Shown here: positions 23,301 to 36,400 of the stretch, one piece after another
Layout: each line of letters begins with the position of its first letter
Numbering within the stretch: the stretch's first letter is position 1
From: Lama guanicoe
Lineage: Eukaryota
DNA: 63,477 bases
Direction of reading: 5' to 3'
Assembly (NCBI GenBank): GCA_013239625.1
Contig: MU053611.1
Location: 1 to 63,477, forward strand
Position numbers and translations under genes: made by a program
Notes under the pieces: generated by a model
Told to the model about the DNA's origin: nothing
The model's input: the letters and a program-made list of their open reading frames with translations, nothing else
Database searches by the model: none

Positions 23301-25502
23301 CTTTCTTAATATAAAGCACATAATAAGCCACAGCTAAATGTTTGGGCATCAGCTAAGGCTATGTTCCCAGCTAGCCAAATTTTCTTTTCTGACCCAGGGT
23401 TTTGTGTGTCTTCATGTAGCCTCTGAAATGGATCTGTGCACACTACCAAGACTTTCTTCCCCTTTGTTGTCAAATGGACAGACAATCCCACAGATATGGC
23501 TTGTATGATTTCTCAGAAAGCCCCTTTTCATCTTTTAGAAATTCAACTTGGTTCAGGGGAATTTCAACTATAAGAGCAAGCATCTTGCTTGTGCTGTTGT
23601 AAATAAGGATTTTGGTTTTGCAGCTCAGGGAGTGCCCCAGCTTCCAGAACCTTCTGCACTACCCGCTCTTCTGAAGACTCACAAAGGAAGTATTCTTTCT
23701 CCTCTTCCCACACACCCTTCTACTCCATCCTCTCAAGCTTTGTCAACCTTTTAATCTAGTTTTTATTTTGTGGGTTTAACTGTCCCATTTTCATAAAAAT
23801 TGATTTGCTGATTTTGTGTTTGGTGTTTTTCATCGCTTTTTGGGTAATTCTCAGGAAGGAAAGCAAGAAATGCCAGTTTTACCCCATCATCCTTAAATCA
23901 GATATTCTCTGGAAGTGTTTCTGTTAAAGCAGGAACCATTGGATGTAGTTTTACTGTGAGTAAAATAACTTTCTAAGGAACTGCTATCAGGATTAATTGA
24001 TGATCGGCTAGCAGTTCTCCGCGTATTTATTCCTCTCGGAATTCACTGAGTTAGTGCTACTTCCTTACCGCTGCCTCTAGGCTCTGGGGAAACCACATTT
24101 TAAACTGGATTCTACCCTACCAGAAATTACATAAAATCCCCATTACTGTCTCCAAAGTTGAAGCAAACAGGTTGGCTACCACTGAGGAAGGGCATTTTGC
24201 TATTTGTCCACTCTCCCCCAACCACCCTGTAAACACAGCAGAGTATTTATCTATCTTTGGACAATTGTCATTCTAAATATTAGCCTTTCATCCTGCCTAC
24301 TGGCCGTGTTTATGATCCATGTCATCAGTAGTGTATCGGGACACAGGATTACTCTTATTATGGTTTTATTTGGTTTTGTTTTAAGCATTCTACTAATTAG
24401 ATTGGATTTCAGCTCCAAGTACTTATATTTTAAACTTTTCTAGTCTTTGGGAGATTTACAACCCAGTAATTTCTTAGCTTTCTCGTGGGTGCTCTGCTGC
24501 TGGTTGACTTCCCGGTTGTGACTCTGAACCTCACTGAACTTCAAGACCTGGAAATACACACACTCAGCACTGACTACTTGGTTCTAAACCCTGAAACTGT
24601 GGTCTGTGCCTCAGCAAACCAAATGTGAGCATCTTACCAGTGTAAACAGAACACACTGCCGCTAATTCTCTGCTATGGCAACCACCGTTGAGTGAGCTCT
24701 GCGCATCCTCAGATGCTTTCTGCATAGCTAAGAAAATCAGTGTAACATTCTCCGTAGTCTTTAGGCGTTAAGTAGAAGCTTTCAGTTGAGCACCGACCAT
24801 GTCAGCTTAAAGCAGATCATGTTTCAAGAATCAAGAGAAGCACAACATGAAAAGCAAAGGAAGAGTGCCAAACTGTGGCTGAGTGAACAGCTGTGGCCTA
24901 GATCTAGAGGAGCTGTAACAGTGGTGCTCCCGATTTAAAACGACTTCTGTGAAAATTCTGAATGGCAGATCTCAGACAAGCTATATTTAAACATTCACGT
25001 ATAAAGTTAGCTTTCTTTTCTATCCAGAGCAGTAGCGGACAGGAATTCAAAGCTTGGCCTCCTAGACAACATCTCACAAGCTCTTCTGTATTTCTTTGTA
25101 CCTCTCGGTTTATCTCCCTATAAATTAATTGTGGATGTTTATATAGTTAGCACTTGAGAATTGGTCAACTTAACATTAATATAATGGTAGAAATTCTGAT
25201 TGTTATTGAAAACTTTTTTAGTAGGTTTAAAGAATAAGACCTATTTTGTGTTGAGGAATTGTTATAAACATTTATCAGAAATTACATATACAACATCATG
25301 AATAAAGGTGTTTTACAGCATACAAATATATTAAAACTAAATTAAGACAGACTGAATTTCTAATGGATGGACTAGTCAGTTTGCTGTGTTTTTGTTTTTA
25401 ATTGAAGAAGTGAGGCGGTTGTTTAATTGTTGAGGAAATTGGTTCACTGAGGTCTTCTGTGTAATAAGAAAAGGCAGGAGATCATTAGTGTAAACTTGGA
25501 GT
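14307..25502. repeat. Right arm of large inverted repeat
   Basis: Starts ACGTGATACTAGG, the reverse complement of 11738-11750. Position 25502 pairs with position 1. Confidence 0.98.
17865..18279 (+). mobile_element. Laurasiatherian-type L1 3' end, 5'-truncated (copy 39352-39766; shattered copy at 7222-7285, 7784-7898, 8100-8190 on -)
   Basis: GAAGTAAGTCAAACAGAGGAAGACAAATA..ATGTGGAATCT..TATAGCACAGGGAACTATATTCAA..CACAACACTGTAAATCA..ATACTTCAAT plus an A tail. Confidence 0.9.
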
Positions 25503-26470
25503 GAAGAGCATCTTTTTACAAAGGTAATAAGCCCAGAATATGTAAAGACAAAATACAGACATATGTGACTATATACAAAAGAATTAAAAGGTATGATACA
25601 TACATTATAAACAGAGTCCAACGACATGTGATAGACTGAGAAAAATATTGGCAAAATATGGGTCAGATAAAAGGTCAGCAATCCAGCCACCACCAAATGG
25701 CTATAGATCAAGAAGAAAAAGACAACCAACCTAAAGAAATACCAATCAATTATATGAGTAAGAAGCTTATAGATGTAGAAATCAAAATGTTCAGTGAATC
25801 TATGATTTCCCAAGTTTATTCATAGCCTGAGAAATGCAAATAAAAGGAAGAATATGGTGCTATTTTTAAACTATCAGACTGGTCAAACTTTGAGATATAT
25901 CGTCCACTGCTAGTAAAAACATGGATAAATGTACATCCTACTTTACTGCTAGTCAGAGTGTAAATTGCTGCAAACATTTTGGAAGCTAGTCTGGGAATAT
26001 CTATTAAAACTCATATTAAGTGAACCTTTTGAAATGGCCCAGTTTGGGAAGCATTCCCATAGCAATTAAATAATTAGGATCTAAGAATACGCATACACAG
26101 ACACACACTTGGATATTATCGTAGCATTATCCATAGGAAAAATTAGTACAGAAAACAACAAAAATAGACAAGGGTAGGTAAATGATTGAATCAAAGGGTG
26201 TTGCTTTCATTCAATGTGATAGTCAACAATTATTAATAAGTATGTGTTTAATCAATAGCTATTCAAATGGAAGAGTACCCAGGATATACTGTTAAAAGGA
26301 AAAAGAAGTTGCAATATGTGTACAAAATGGTCTGGTTTTAATAAAACAAATAATTGCAAAAATAAGGGCACCATTCATATGGGTTTATAGGTTTGTGTAT
26401 ATTTTTTTAAGCATGAGGAAAAGAGTGTATGGATAACGTCACTAAAACTGGTAATTTTGCAGACAGGGAT
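25470..26470 (+). mobile_element. Ancient L1M ORF2 3' end/3' UTR remnant (copy ~46957-47957)
   Basis: GACTGAGAAAAATATTGGCAA, GAGAAATGCAAATAAAA and ACTGCTAGTCAGAGTGTAAATTG..CATTTTGGAA. Confidence 0.75.
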
Positions 26471-26584
26471 GAGAATTTGAATACAGAATCCATTTGCAAC
26501 TTGAGAAAAGAATTTAATAAATAGAACCTTAAATATAAATATTTAATAGAAGTAAACAGCATTTCTCTACTTGGCACTTATTTT

Positions 26585-27070
26585 AGTGTAAGGAATGAGA
26601 TAGGAATCAAACTTTACTTTCTCAAAGATTAGTTAGTTGTCTGAGCACCCTTTATTGAATGGCCCATCTTTTCGCCAGTCTGAAATGTTATCTTGTACGA
26701 AATCCTCATATTAATCTGTCTCATTCTGTACTGCTATTTATTTCATGGCTTTAATTTCTGTCACTTTAAAAAACAGTCTATTATAAAACTGAAAAACTCA
26801 GTCATTACTCTTATCACAGTTTAGTTAGATCCCACCACACATGAAATTTGGCATATAAAGTTATTTATCATTTTGTCAAATTCAAAAAAAATTCTACTCA
26901 ACATTTGATTAGGATTGCATTTCATTTATAATTTTGTTTAGGGAAAACTAATATCTCACTATATTCAATAGTTCTTTCCCCAAAGTATGTATTTTTATTT
27001 ATTCAAGTATTCTTCCAGGACATTAGAAAATTTTTTGTTTTCTTCCTATCTGTTATGCACATTTTTTATT
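26585..27070 (-). mobile_element. Ancient L1 ORF2 remnant, antisense (copy ~48072-48557)
   Basis: AGTTGTCTGAGCACCCTTTATTGAAT and ATTTGATTAGGATTGCATT..TTTAGGGAAAACTAATATCT. Confidence 0.7.
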
Positions 27071-27674
27071 TGTGAATGTGTTATGCAAGTATGAAATAAG
27101 CTATCTGATTCAGCCTTAGTTGAACAAAACTAAGCATACTATTTAAGTTTGAGCCCAAATAATTCAAGAAACTACCAGACATGCTTTAGTGGCTATAAAA
27201 CATGATTCAGTGGTTGGAGCTGATTCTTAATCCATAATGTATTCCATGTCCTTACAATTTCTAATTGTTGCTTTATTCTAAGTTCTTTATTTTTTAGTCT
27301 TATTCTTTATTCTCACTTGCCTCATGACAATAATTTTTCAGTATGTATGAGGGAAAAGATCATGGAACTGAAGTCAGTCACAATTTTTGTTAAGTCCTTC
27401 AGAAAATTTCTAAATAGAATATAGTACATTTCTCAATTTATAGTTTATTGAGTTACAGTCTTACATATAATAAGCATTTTTAAATGCCTTTGTCTATATT
27501 TGAGATAAATTTCAAAATGAGTATCTATAATGTAAAAATATCTTTAAAGTCTAAAAGCAAAGAATAGGAGTGTGGTATAACAGCATAGTACTACACCCCA
27601 AACCAGTAAATTAGTCTGAATTTTCTTTTTTTTTTTTTTTGCTGTATACCAAATTTACTGAACAAACACTTATC

Positions 27675-28040
27675 CAAGCATTTATTCAATAACAGTTTTG
27701 AATACTTAATATGTGCCAGGAAATGGGCTAGATTCTGAGGATATAAAGATGCGTATCGGTGGAGCATACACAAAGTGAACCAGCAAGTACAGCACACGAT
27801 GTAATACTTACTATGTTAGTCATACGTCCAGGCGCATGACAGGCTCCTTAGCTGTTTAAGCTTTTGATGACACGGAGCATGTGGTGTTTTAGGGAAAGTT
27901 TCTCAGAAGGGTTGTTTAAGTTGAGAACTAAGGAGGAGTAGGAGTTAGTGCACAGAAGAGAGTTAAAAAGAGTTCTGGGTAGGTACCTCAGTGTCAGTGT
28001 GGCAGGTTCAGACATACATAGTGCTAGATGAGACAAATGA
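27675..28040 (-). mobile_element. L2 3' remnant (copy ~49162-49527)
   Basis: CATTTATTCAATAAC..TACTTAATATGTGCCAGG..CTAGATTCTGAGGATATAAAGATG. Confidence 0.7.
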
Positions 28041-28904
28041 ATGTTTGACTTTGCTGTGTCCTTTGTTACCTTTTCAAACCGAGGAAATGGTGAAGAAAAT
28101 CCAATAATACCTACACTGTACACATAATACTTGCAGATGTTAAAAAAAAACGTTGGTCTTCAGTGATAAAATGGTAAAACACCTGTTGGCAAAACAGATA
28201 TAACTATAGTTATACATTCTCAATATATCAAAAGTTTTAACATCTATTTTACAAACTTTGAAACATCTTTGGTTTAGAATTTCCTCTATTTGGTCTTTTT
28301 CTATCCTTAAAGCATTTAATAATTCTGAACCAATATTTTACCCAAGTTTTTAATAAATCACTTAAAGACAACAAATGGATATGATCCCAATTAAATAACT
28401 AAGTAAGGTTTCAATGCAGAATAGTTTTCTTAAAATGAGACAAGCTGAAATAGAATTGATACATTTATAATGTGAGAAAGTACCAAAATATTTAAATGCA
28501 GAGGCTTGCAGAAAAGTAAAAAGCCAAGACTTCAAAAGGATCAGAAAGGGCAAACAAAATAGTCTTTTTGGCACAACAAATACTAAGTAATTCAAATAAT
28601 ATCAATAATATTAAGTACATTTGTGTTCCTTGTAGCAAACCCTTACATTCTCAACATAAACTATCTAGTCTCATTATACCTTTGTCCTCTGTGTCCTCCA
28701 TGCAAATAGTCATGTTCATGCAGCATTCTTTCCTTTATTGTTATAGCTTCAGTGGTTGAAGTGTTGACCCACTTCCTTCAAGAGCTGCCTCAAGGTCTTC
28801 TTCTTCAGGAAACTTTCTGTTAGCATTCTAACCCACATCAATCTTCCCATTCTCTGAAATACCAATATTATCAATATCATGCATTTTTGGCATCATTCCT
28901 CAGA

Positions 28905-29075
28905 TAGTGATTGAGTGGTGCCTACACTGTGCTAGGTGCCAGGGAAGCAATGATAAATAAAGCGTGACTCCTTCTCTCAAGTTGCTCACAGTCTAATCAG
29001 GGAGACAGACATGGGAAAAATTACAATGGCAAGTGCTTTGTTAAACATATTCAGAAAATGCCATTAGGGGAACAG
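28905..29075 (-). mobile_element. L2 3' remnant (copies ~50392-50562 and ~7293-7463)
   Basis: GTGCCTACACTGTGCTAGGTGCCAGGGA..CTCTCAAGTTGCTCACAGTCTAATCAGGGAGACAGAC. Confidence 0.7.
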
Positions 29076-29781
29076 AGGCTGGAGTAGTTTGTTTAGTCAT
29101 AGTCTATTTTTATTGTTTCATGTGCCATGTATACTTTCATTTTTCTCTTTTTTGCCCCCTAGCTCACAGCAGACACCATAATACAGAATATCTTGTCATC
29201 TGTTCAATTAAGTGTTTGAATATATTTCCATGAGAAAAATAACAATGTCTTTGTAACTTTTCTGTAAATCTAGAACTGTTCTAAAATTTAAAAACTTATA
29301 TAAAAATAACACAAAGGACTATGTTTTTGTCTAAAAAGAAGTAATACTGATAAATAAATCAAGTTCCCATTCAGTCCACATATATTTCCCCTCTTCTTAG
29401 TAATTTTGACTATTGTTCTCAGAGCCTATTACCTCTTTCCCACATCCATTTTTTTTGTCTAAAATTCCCCTGCATTCCTCTAAATTAGTTAAAACCTGCA
29501 AGAAGATGCAAATTGATTAACGTGCAGCAGTTTAAACATGAGCACTAATTCCAATTTTGAAAAATAAATGTGGCCATTTTTAGCATTAGAACTTGGAGAC
29601 ATCAGTTGGCTACATGTGCATATGGAACCTAAATGCCAAATGTCTGACTGTTAGGCCAGTTTCACCCTTAAAAAAAAACAAAACAAAAAGAGAGAGATTC
29701 CTCATTCTTTGTGGAGGCAACCTGAGATAACAGAATGCTCCCCACCTTATAACAGTTTTCTTGCACCTCCTAGAATGTGGT

Positions 29782-30281
29782 TGTATCAGTTTCCTCTCGC
29801 TGTGATAACAAATTACCTCAAACTTGGTGGCCTGAAACAACACAAATTTATTATGTTTTAGTTTGGGAAGCCAGAGCCCAAAATGGGTCTTAATGGGCTG
29901 AAAAGCAAGTGTCAGTAGGCCTGAGTTTCTTCTGATGGTTCTGGGGAAGATTTGCTTCCTTACCTTTTCCAGCTTCTAGAGACCACCCACGTTCCTTGGC
30001 TGGTGGTCCCACTCCTCTGTCCTCAAAGCCAGCAACATTGAACTGAGTCCTTCTCACACTGCTGACTCTGATTCTCGCTCTTCTGCCTCCCTCTTCTGTG
30101 CTTTCCTTGTGATCACACTGAGCCCACCTGGGTAATCCAGGCTAATCTCATCTCGAAGTCAGCTGATTGGCCAACAGTTCCATCGGCTACCTTAAATCCC
30201 CTCTGCTGTGGAACCTAACATTTTAAAAGGCTTTGTGGATTAGAACATGGATATCTTTGGAAGACCTTTGTTATCTCTAGC
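29782..30281 (-). mobile_element. MaLR solo LTR, MLT1-type
   Basis: TGTATCAGTTTCCT..ACAAATTACCTCAAACTTGGTGGCCTGAAACAACACAAATTTATT..TTCCAGCTTCTAGAG..CCCACCTGGGTAATCCAGGCTAATCTC. Confidence 0.9.
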
Positions 30282-30414
30282 ATTGTGCTGATAAAATATC
30301 TGCCCTCCTCTGATTAGACAAGACAGCACCAGCTTTCCAGGGTCCTGCAGAGAGTGGAAACAAGACTCAGTCCCCTCTCTGCCCTTAGAAAATACAGCAC
30401 CATGGATTACCATT

Positions 30415-33400
30415 GTACATATTATCATAACATTTAATACACTGTGTCATAAATTTTCATGAACGTTTCTCCCTACTCCACCAGAACATGAAAAGGGGAA
30501 TAGATTTTATTCAACTTGTGCCAGCAGGGTCAAGCAGTATGAAATTGTACACTGAGCATGGTGTATAATTGTTAGTAAAATTTAAAAAAGAGAATGATGC
30601 AGGAAAGTGGGGAGGAAAAGGAGAGAGGGAGGGCAGGAAAAAAAAAAAAGTGACAGGGAAGGAAGAAATCCAGACTGAACTTTTTGAGGGTACAGTAACT
30701 CTCAAACTTAAGTTTCCAAGCCATTTTGACAGGCTAACTCATTCCTATTGTGATATCCTGATGTTACAATGTTGAAAATTATTCCATGGAGCAAGGGTGA
30801 GCTATTAATTCTGCTCACCCGCTGACAATTACTTACCTTTCTGTGACAGTACAATGAAGTAGTAATTGTAATTTCAAAGAAGTATGTAAGAAGCTGTCGT
30901 ACCATAACTCCACCGAAGCAACTGTTATGGTCAATTAGGTGAATAATAATTGCTTTAAAAAGTCGTTAAATAGTTTTAATGATGGACACTAATAGCTCCT
31001 TTGGAGCTGTTAGTTGGATCAATAATTCATATTTTAAAAACACTGAAAGTACATATTTTTACATTAGATTATTAGGGTTTCCTCAGTCAATATCTTCTGA
31101 AGTAATAGATTTACATAGTTAGCAGTTTTGTAAGTAATTCAATATATTTCTATGTCAATCAAACAGATTATGATAATTAAAATTAAACAGCTCACTCCTT
31201 CTAAACCTCTCTGATTGATTATGGAAGTAAAAAGTATGTAGAAACTGAAAAAGTAGAAAATTCTTATTACGTTTTAGAAATAATTTTTTGTATTTAAATA
31301 ACTATTTCAAACAATCATAAGAAATCACAATATTGCTGGGTTTTAGTCAAATAGTTCTGGAAGTAAATCTTTTTAACCATCTTCTGGAAAAAGGTAATCA
31401 CTGAGAAAATAAAATGTTATATTTTCTTTATAGGAATTTTCAAATAAGTTTTTAGTTATATATTATTCTTATATTGATGTTAAATAATATGATTTTTATG
31501 AATAGGAGATGGAATCAAATTACGAGTCATATAATTTGGGCAATCCTTATTTTATAGGTTTGTAAAATCCCTTAGCTTCCTTTTTACCTAGTTCCCATTG
31601 GTTTGCACATTTTATTCTGGGTTGTTTCTATTGTATTTCTAAGAATTACAGTCTTTTTGGATTCAGCAAACATTTATTGATTGATTAGTATGTGGAATAC
31701 ATTATATACATTTTTTTCTTCAAAAATCATATACTTAACCGGTGTAATAACTCAGAATGTTCAATATTACCTTTTTTATTTTCCTACTGAAGAAATTTTG
31801 GTTTTAAATGACTCTCTCATTATCACTTAGAAGGTGATTCCAGAACTTGGATTTAGTCTTGTGACCCCAGGTTAAGTGTTTTCTCACTAGTACAAAGCTG
31901 CTCAGAATTACCCTTTTAATACCCTAGAAACTTTGACAAACCACTGTGAATCACTGCCAGTAGATGAAGGATTTGGGACTCAGCATTACCCCCAAGTTCC
32001 CTTTCCCTTTCTATTTGAACAATGGCATTTAATGCAAAAGGCAGGATGTTAGTGAAGACTTTTCAAATGTCTCTATTGCACATCTTAACATGACCATTTA
32101 AGAGCTCCTGTTTATTCTCCCTTCCAAATACCTCATTACCTGTGCCAATCCTGGTTTTCGTTTCTCCTTAAATTTACCATTCTTCCATGATGTGAGTGCT
32201 TACCTATGTTCTCTCTCCCTCCTCTCTTTCTCCCTCCCCTTCCCCTTTTCCCCCCTTCTCCACCCTCTTGTTTTGTCTCTCTCTCTTTCCCTTCTGATCA
32301 CGTTTGCATTCTTTCTCTCGCTCCATCGCTTTTGCTCTGTCTTCTCACTTTCCTCTTCTGCTCTCAGATATCACTCTCTCTGAGAATCTTATAATTCCTC
32401 ATTCATTCCTATATAGAGCAGTCAGTTCAGCTTTATGTTTTATTCCCAAATGTCAGCACTCAAATCTATCAAGGCCATTAAAATATCATTTAAAAGGACA
32501 CTCCATTTAAAAGGAACAGGCACCTAAGAAGGCAGTTTACTGGTACTTTTCTATTACTGAAACAATCTTAGGGTGGCTAAGAACTAAACAAACAGCAAAC
32601 AGAGAGAGAGGGGCAGATTTCCCCTAGGAAGATATTATCGAATGAGATTCTTCCATTCTTATTACATAACGTTGGTGAGTGTATCAAGAAACATTAGTGG
32701 CGATGCAAACTAGGGTAATATTTCTTGAGGTGACTGTGTATGTATCTGTGTTTTAAAAATTATGTATCTTTTGACCTACTAAATTTCAATTTTAGTCCTA
32801 TGTTCTAAGAAAATTATTAGATAAACTGCACATTATCTAGAAAATTAGTGGAACATTGTTTATAAGGGAAATTGGAAATATTATCAATAGGTAATTGTTT
32901 GAGTGAATTATGGTATAATCTAACAGAACATGGTACATTATTAAAGTAAAAAAGTATATGTATATATTTTTGATGTAATATACAAGAAATTTATTTCCAG
33001 AATTTTTTTTTAAATTATGCTCCAAAAGAATAGCTATGGTATGGGCCATTTCTATGTAATATCAAAATAATTAAGGACTATATTATGACAGAGCAGGAAA
33101 ATGAATATAATCATGTTGCAAAGGGACTGTAAGTGTCTCCCCATGAAGTACTAAAGAAAAGCTTTTGATCCCTCATATTGATAAGGATTTAGAAGAGTGC
33201 GCTGAGCAGACAGACAGCTGCACACCTAGTATCACGTGCCTCATTATTCTGTCCAGTGAAGACACCTCATCTGGCATGGCAGTTGTGATTGGGGCCACCA
33301 CCGGGCAAAATTTATGGCGCTCAACATCATCTGACGTTAATCATTTGGTTTTTGCAAGGCCCAACAAACGTACTGATTGAAGATATAATGGACATCACCA

Positions 33401-36400
33401 CCCTAAACCTTTAAAATCTTTGATGGTGCCATCAATCCCCATGCTTCCTTTTGGGATTATTATTGCTTCTGATTTATGATACTGATGAGTGAGGGAAATT
33501 TCAAGGACTTCATAAAAGGGGCTTCAGACCCTTCTCAGGTCAGAGTTGCTGCATTCACAGTTACCAGAGAGCAAGAGAATACCGAGAGGCACCCAAGTGG
33601 GTCATTTGTGTTCAACGTACATTCCTTCCTGCCCCCGTTATGTGGACGCAGTACTGTCTTCCTGCTGGTTAGGGTAAATTACTCCCCAAAAGAAGATGCC
33701 TTCTCCTCTTGGCTCCTAGACACAGGAGTACAAAGTAAGCTGCCATAGCTTACAGTTCAATGGGACCTTTATTGTTTCCCCTGGCAAGATGGCATCTCCT
33801 TTGGCGACCAGGATCTCTAACCCTGCCGCGCTTAGAGTTGTGGGAATGGCATATATTAGGTTCCTCAGTGGGTCATTTAGAATGATGGCCCACTCCCGCT
33901 TCTCTTTTTCTTCCTGGACCCACGTCCAGAAAAATTACAACTTCTGCCATTATTAACTAAACTTAACTTAAAATTAACCACTGCCAGGGCTAGTTCAGTT
34001 TGCTGAGAACAAGGTCTATTAATGAAATCTAGAGAAGGTACTTGGTTAGAAAAGGAAAGCGGTAGTATGGATGAAAAGGGCACATGCTGGGGAGAAAACA
34101 GGTAATGCCCTTCCTCAACATAAGGATCATTTTGCCAGATTCATCTGTCATGGATTGTGGCCACTCTTTTTTACGCCTAATAAGTTGTTTGTGTGACTGA
34201 GGTTGGTATGGGGATTTAATGATAAAATACATATGAAATTCTTTGAAAGAATTCTAATTGCAATTAAAGTTTTTATCCTGGGAGCTTTTTTTTTAATGTA
34301 GCAATTCAAGAGAGATGGGTGAGGCCTCCAGGAACTAGTTAATACATATGCTAATCATTGAATAGCCAAGAGTGGCTTGCATTTCCAACTTTTTCAGATA
34401 GTCATGCAATCAATCGATGTGAGAATGTCAGGGTTTTCAGAAAGTTTGAGGTGATTGGTCTTGACAATGACTTCCAGACTTTCCATGTTGTAAATGGGAT
34501 CATGTAAGTGATATGACAGTTTTCACTGGGTTTGGAGAGAATCTTTCCATCATTTTGCTCTGCCTTGGGATGTCATAATTCCCATATCATTTAGGTCACA
34601 CCGCTTCACAGAAATTCAGTTAATTAACTGTGATTGCTTGGGATTTGAGCATTCACTAGAATTTGCATTTTTTGGCATTTGGAAGACAGTGTCAGTACTG
34701 GTAAATGGGTTCTTTGGGCTTTGTAAAGAGCAGAAATATCTCAGAGGGATTCAGAATTTCAATCAGTGTTCACCTAAACCGGTTCTACATTTTTGTCCCT
34801 TTATCAAGCAAACTTTCCATTAGATGTACTGTCAGAGATTTTTTTATAGTGTGTTTGAAAGAAAACAGTTCTTCATGAAGATGGCAGCAAGTGTTTCTTT
34901 GAGACAAACACACATGCATCAGTGGTCCCTTAAGAGAGCTGGGCAGATGTGGGGTTTTGATGCCATTTCCTCTTTGTATAAAAAACTTTCAGAAATTTGG
35001 CACAGCCACGGACAGAAAACATGGCTGGCCTGGCCCCTCTAAAGTGACCTTTGTTAGTGGCCTGGCTTTGCACTCTGCAGCATCATTGCTGATGCACTGA
35101 GCCAGTTCACAGGCCACTGGAGCTGGGTTTCCTTCTGAAGGCTGGTGTTGGGTGGAAGCTATTGCTTCATGGTGGGTCCAAGCAGTCCTTTCTCCTGCTT
35201 ATTTGGTCTTTTTAGATTTTATATCATTAGTAGAGACCTGGATCCTCTGGTTATTCTATTTTTAATATAAATGAGATAGTATATTAGAATGCATTTTGCG
35301 TTTTGTGAGAGAATGCCTTATAAATATTTACAGTTTTATTTGCTGTAGACTCAAGCCCTCATTGTGTTTTTCTACTCTTTTGTACACATACCATGCAGAG
35401 TCTAACAACGTGAAAGACTAGTGAGCAGTCATATTAAGTGCAAATAACCATCATGCTTTACAGCGCATTTATATACATGTTTATGTTGAAATTTTTCTAT
35501 AAACAAGATAGAGGACAGTACTTTGGGCCATTATAGATTCCATTATCCTTTCAAATACTGAGCATGGAAATAAGTCTCTTTTATCACATGGGCCAGTTGT
35601 GGACCAATGATGTCAGTAGGTTCATTTGTTTAGATGTGCTTGATGAGTAATCAGAAGGTGTTACATTGAGTTCAGTGGAAAGGTTACTAGGAAGACTGGC
35701 TCTTTTTTGTGACTTGGAAGTTATTTGCTTTCAGTCACCTTGTTCCGGCAGAGATGTAGTAAAGCCTATATTTCTGTAGAGCTAAATATTGATACGTGAT
35801 ACTAGGTGTGCAGCTGTCTGTCTGCTCAGCGCACTCTTCTAAATCCTTATCAATATGAGGGATCAAAAGCTTTTCTTTAGTACTTCATGGGGAGACACTT
35901 ACAGTCCCTTTGCAACATGATTATATTCATTTTCCTGCTCTGTCATAATATAGTCCTTAATTATTTTGATATTACATAGAAATGGCCCATACCATAGCTA
36001 TTCTTTTGGAGCATAATTTAAAAAAAAATTCTGGAAATAAATTTCTTGTATATTACATCAAAAATATATACATATACTTTTTTACTTTAATAATGTACCA
36101 TGTTCTGTTAGATTATACCATAATTCACTCAAACAATTACCTATTGATAATATTTCCAATTTCCCTTATAAACAATGTTCCACTAATTTTCTAGATAATG
36201 TGCAGTTTATCTAATAATTTTCTTAGAACATAGGACTAAAATTGAAATTTAGTAGGTCAAAAGATACATAATTTTTAAAACACAGATACATACACAGTCA
36301 CCTCAAGAAATATTACCCTAGTTTGCATCGCCACTAATGTTTCTTGATACACTCACCAACGTTATGTAATAAGAATGGAAGAATCTCATTCGATAATATC

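Larger units (their letters stand above)
8929..30414 (+). repeat. Tandem duplication unit 1 (~21.49 kb)
   Basis: ORF pairs are offset by exactly 21487 (10705/32192, 17092/38579, 29610/51097). Identity ends after GGATTACCATT at 30414/51901. Confidence 0.98.

Noticed and set aside
1..25502. Giant inverted repeat as terminal inverted repeats of a large DNA transposon (Maverick/Polinton or foldback)
   Set aside because: The arms are ordinary genomic DNA full of ancient MIR/L2/L1, and the spacer encodes no transposase, integrase or polymerase.
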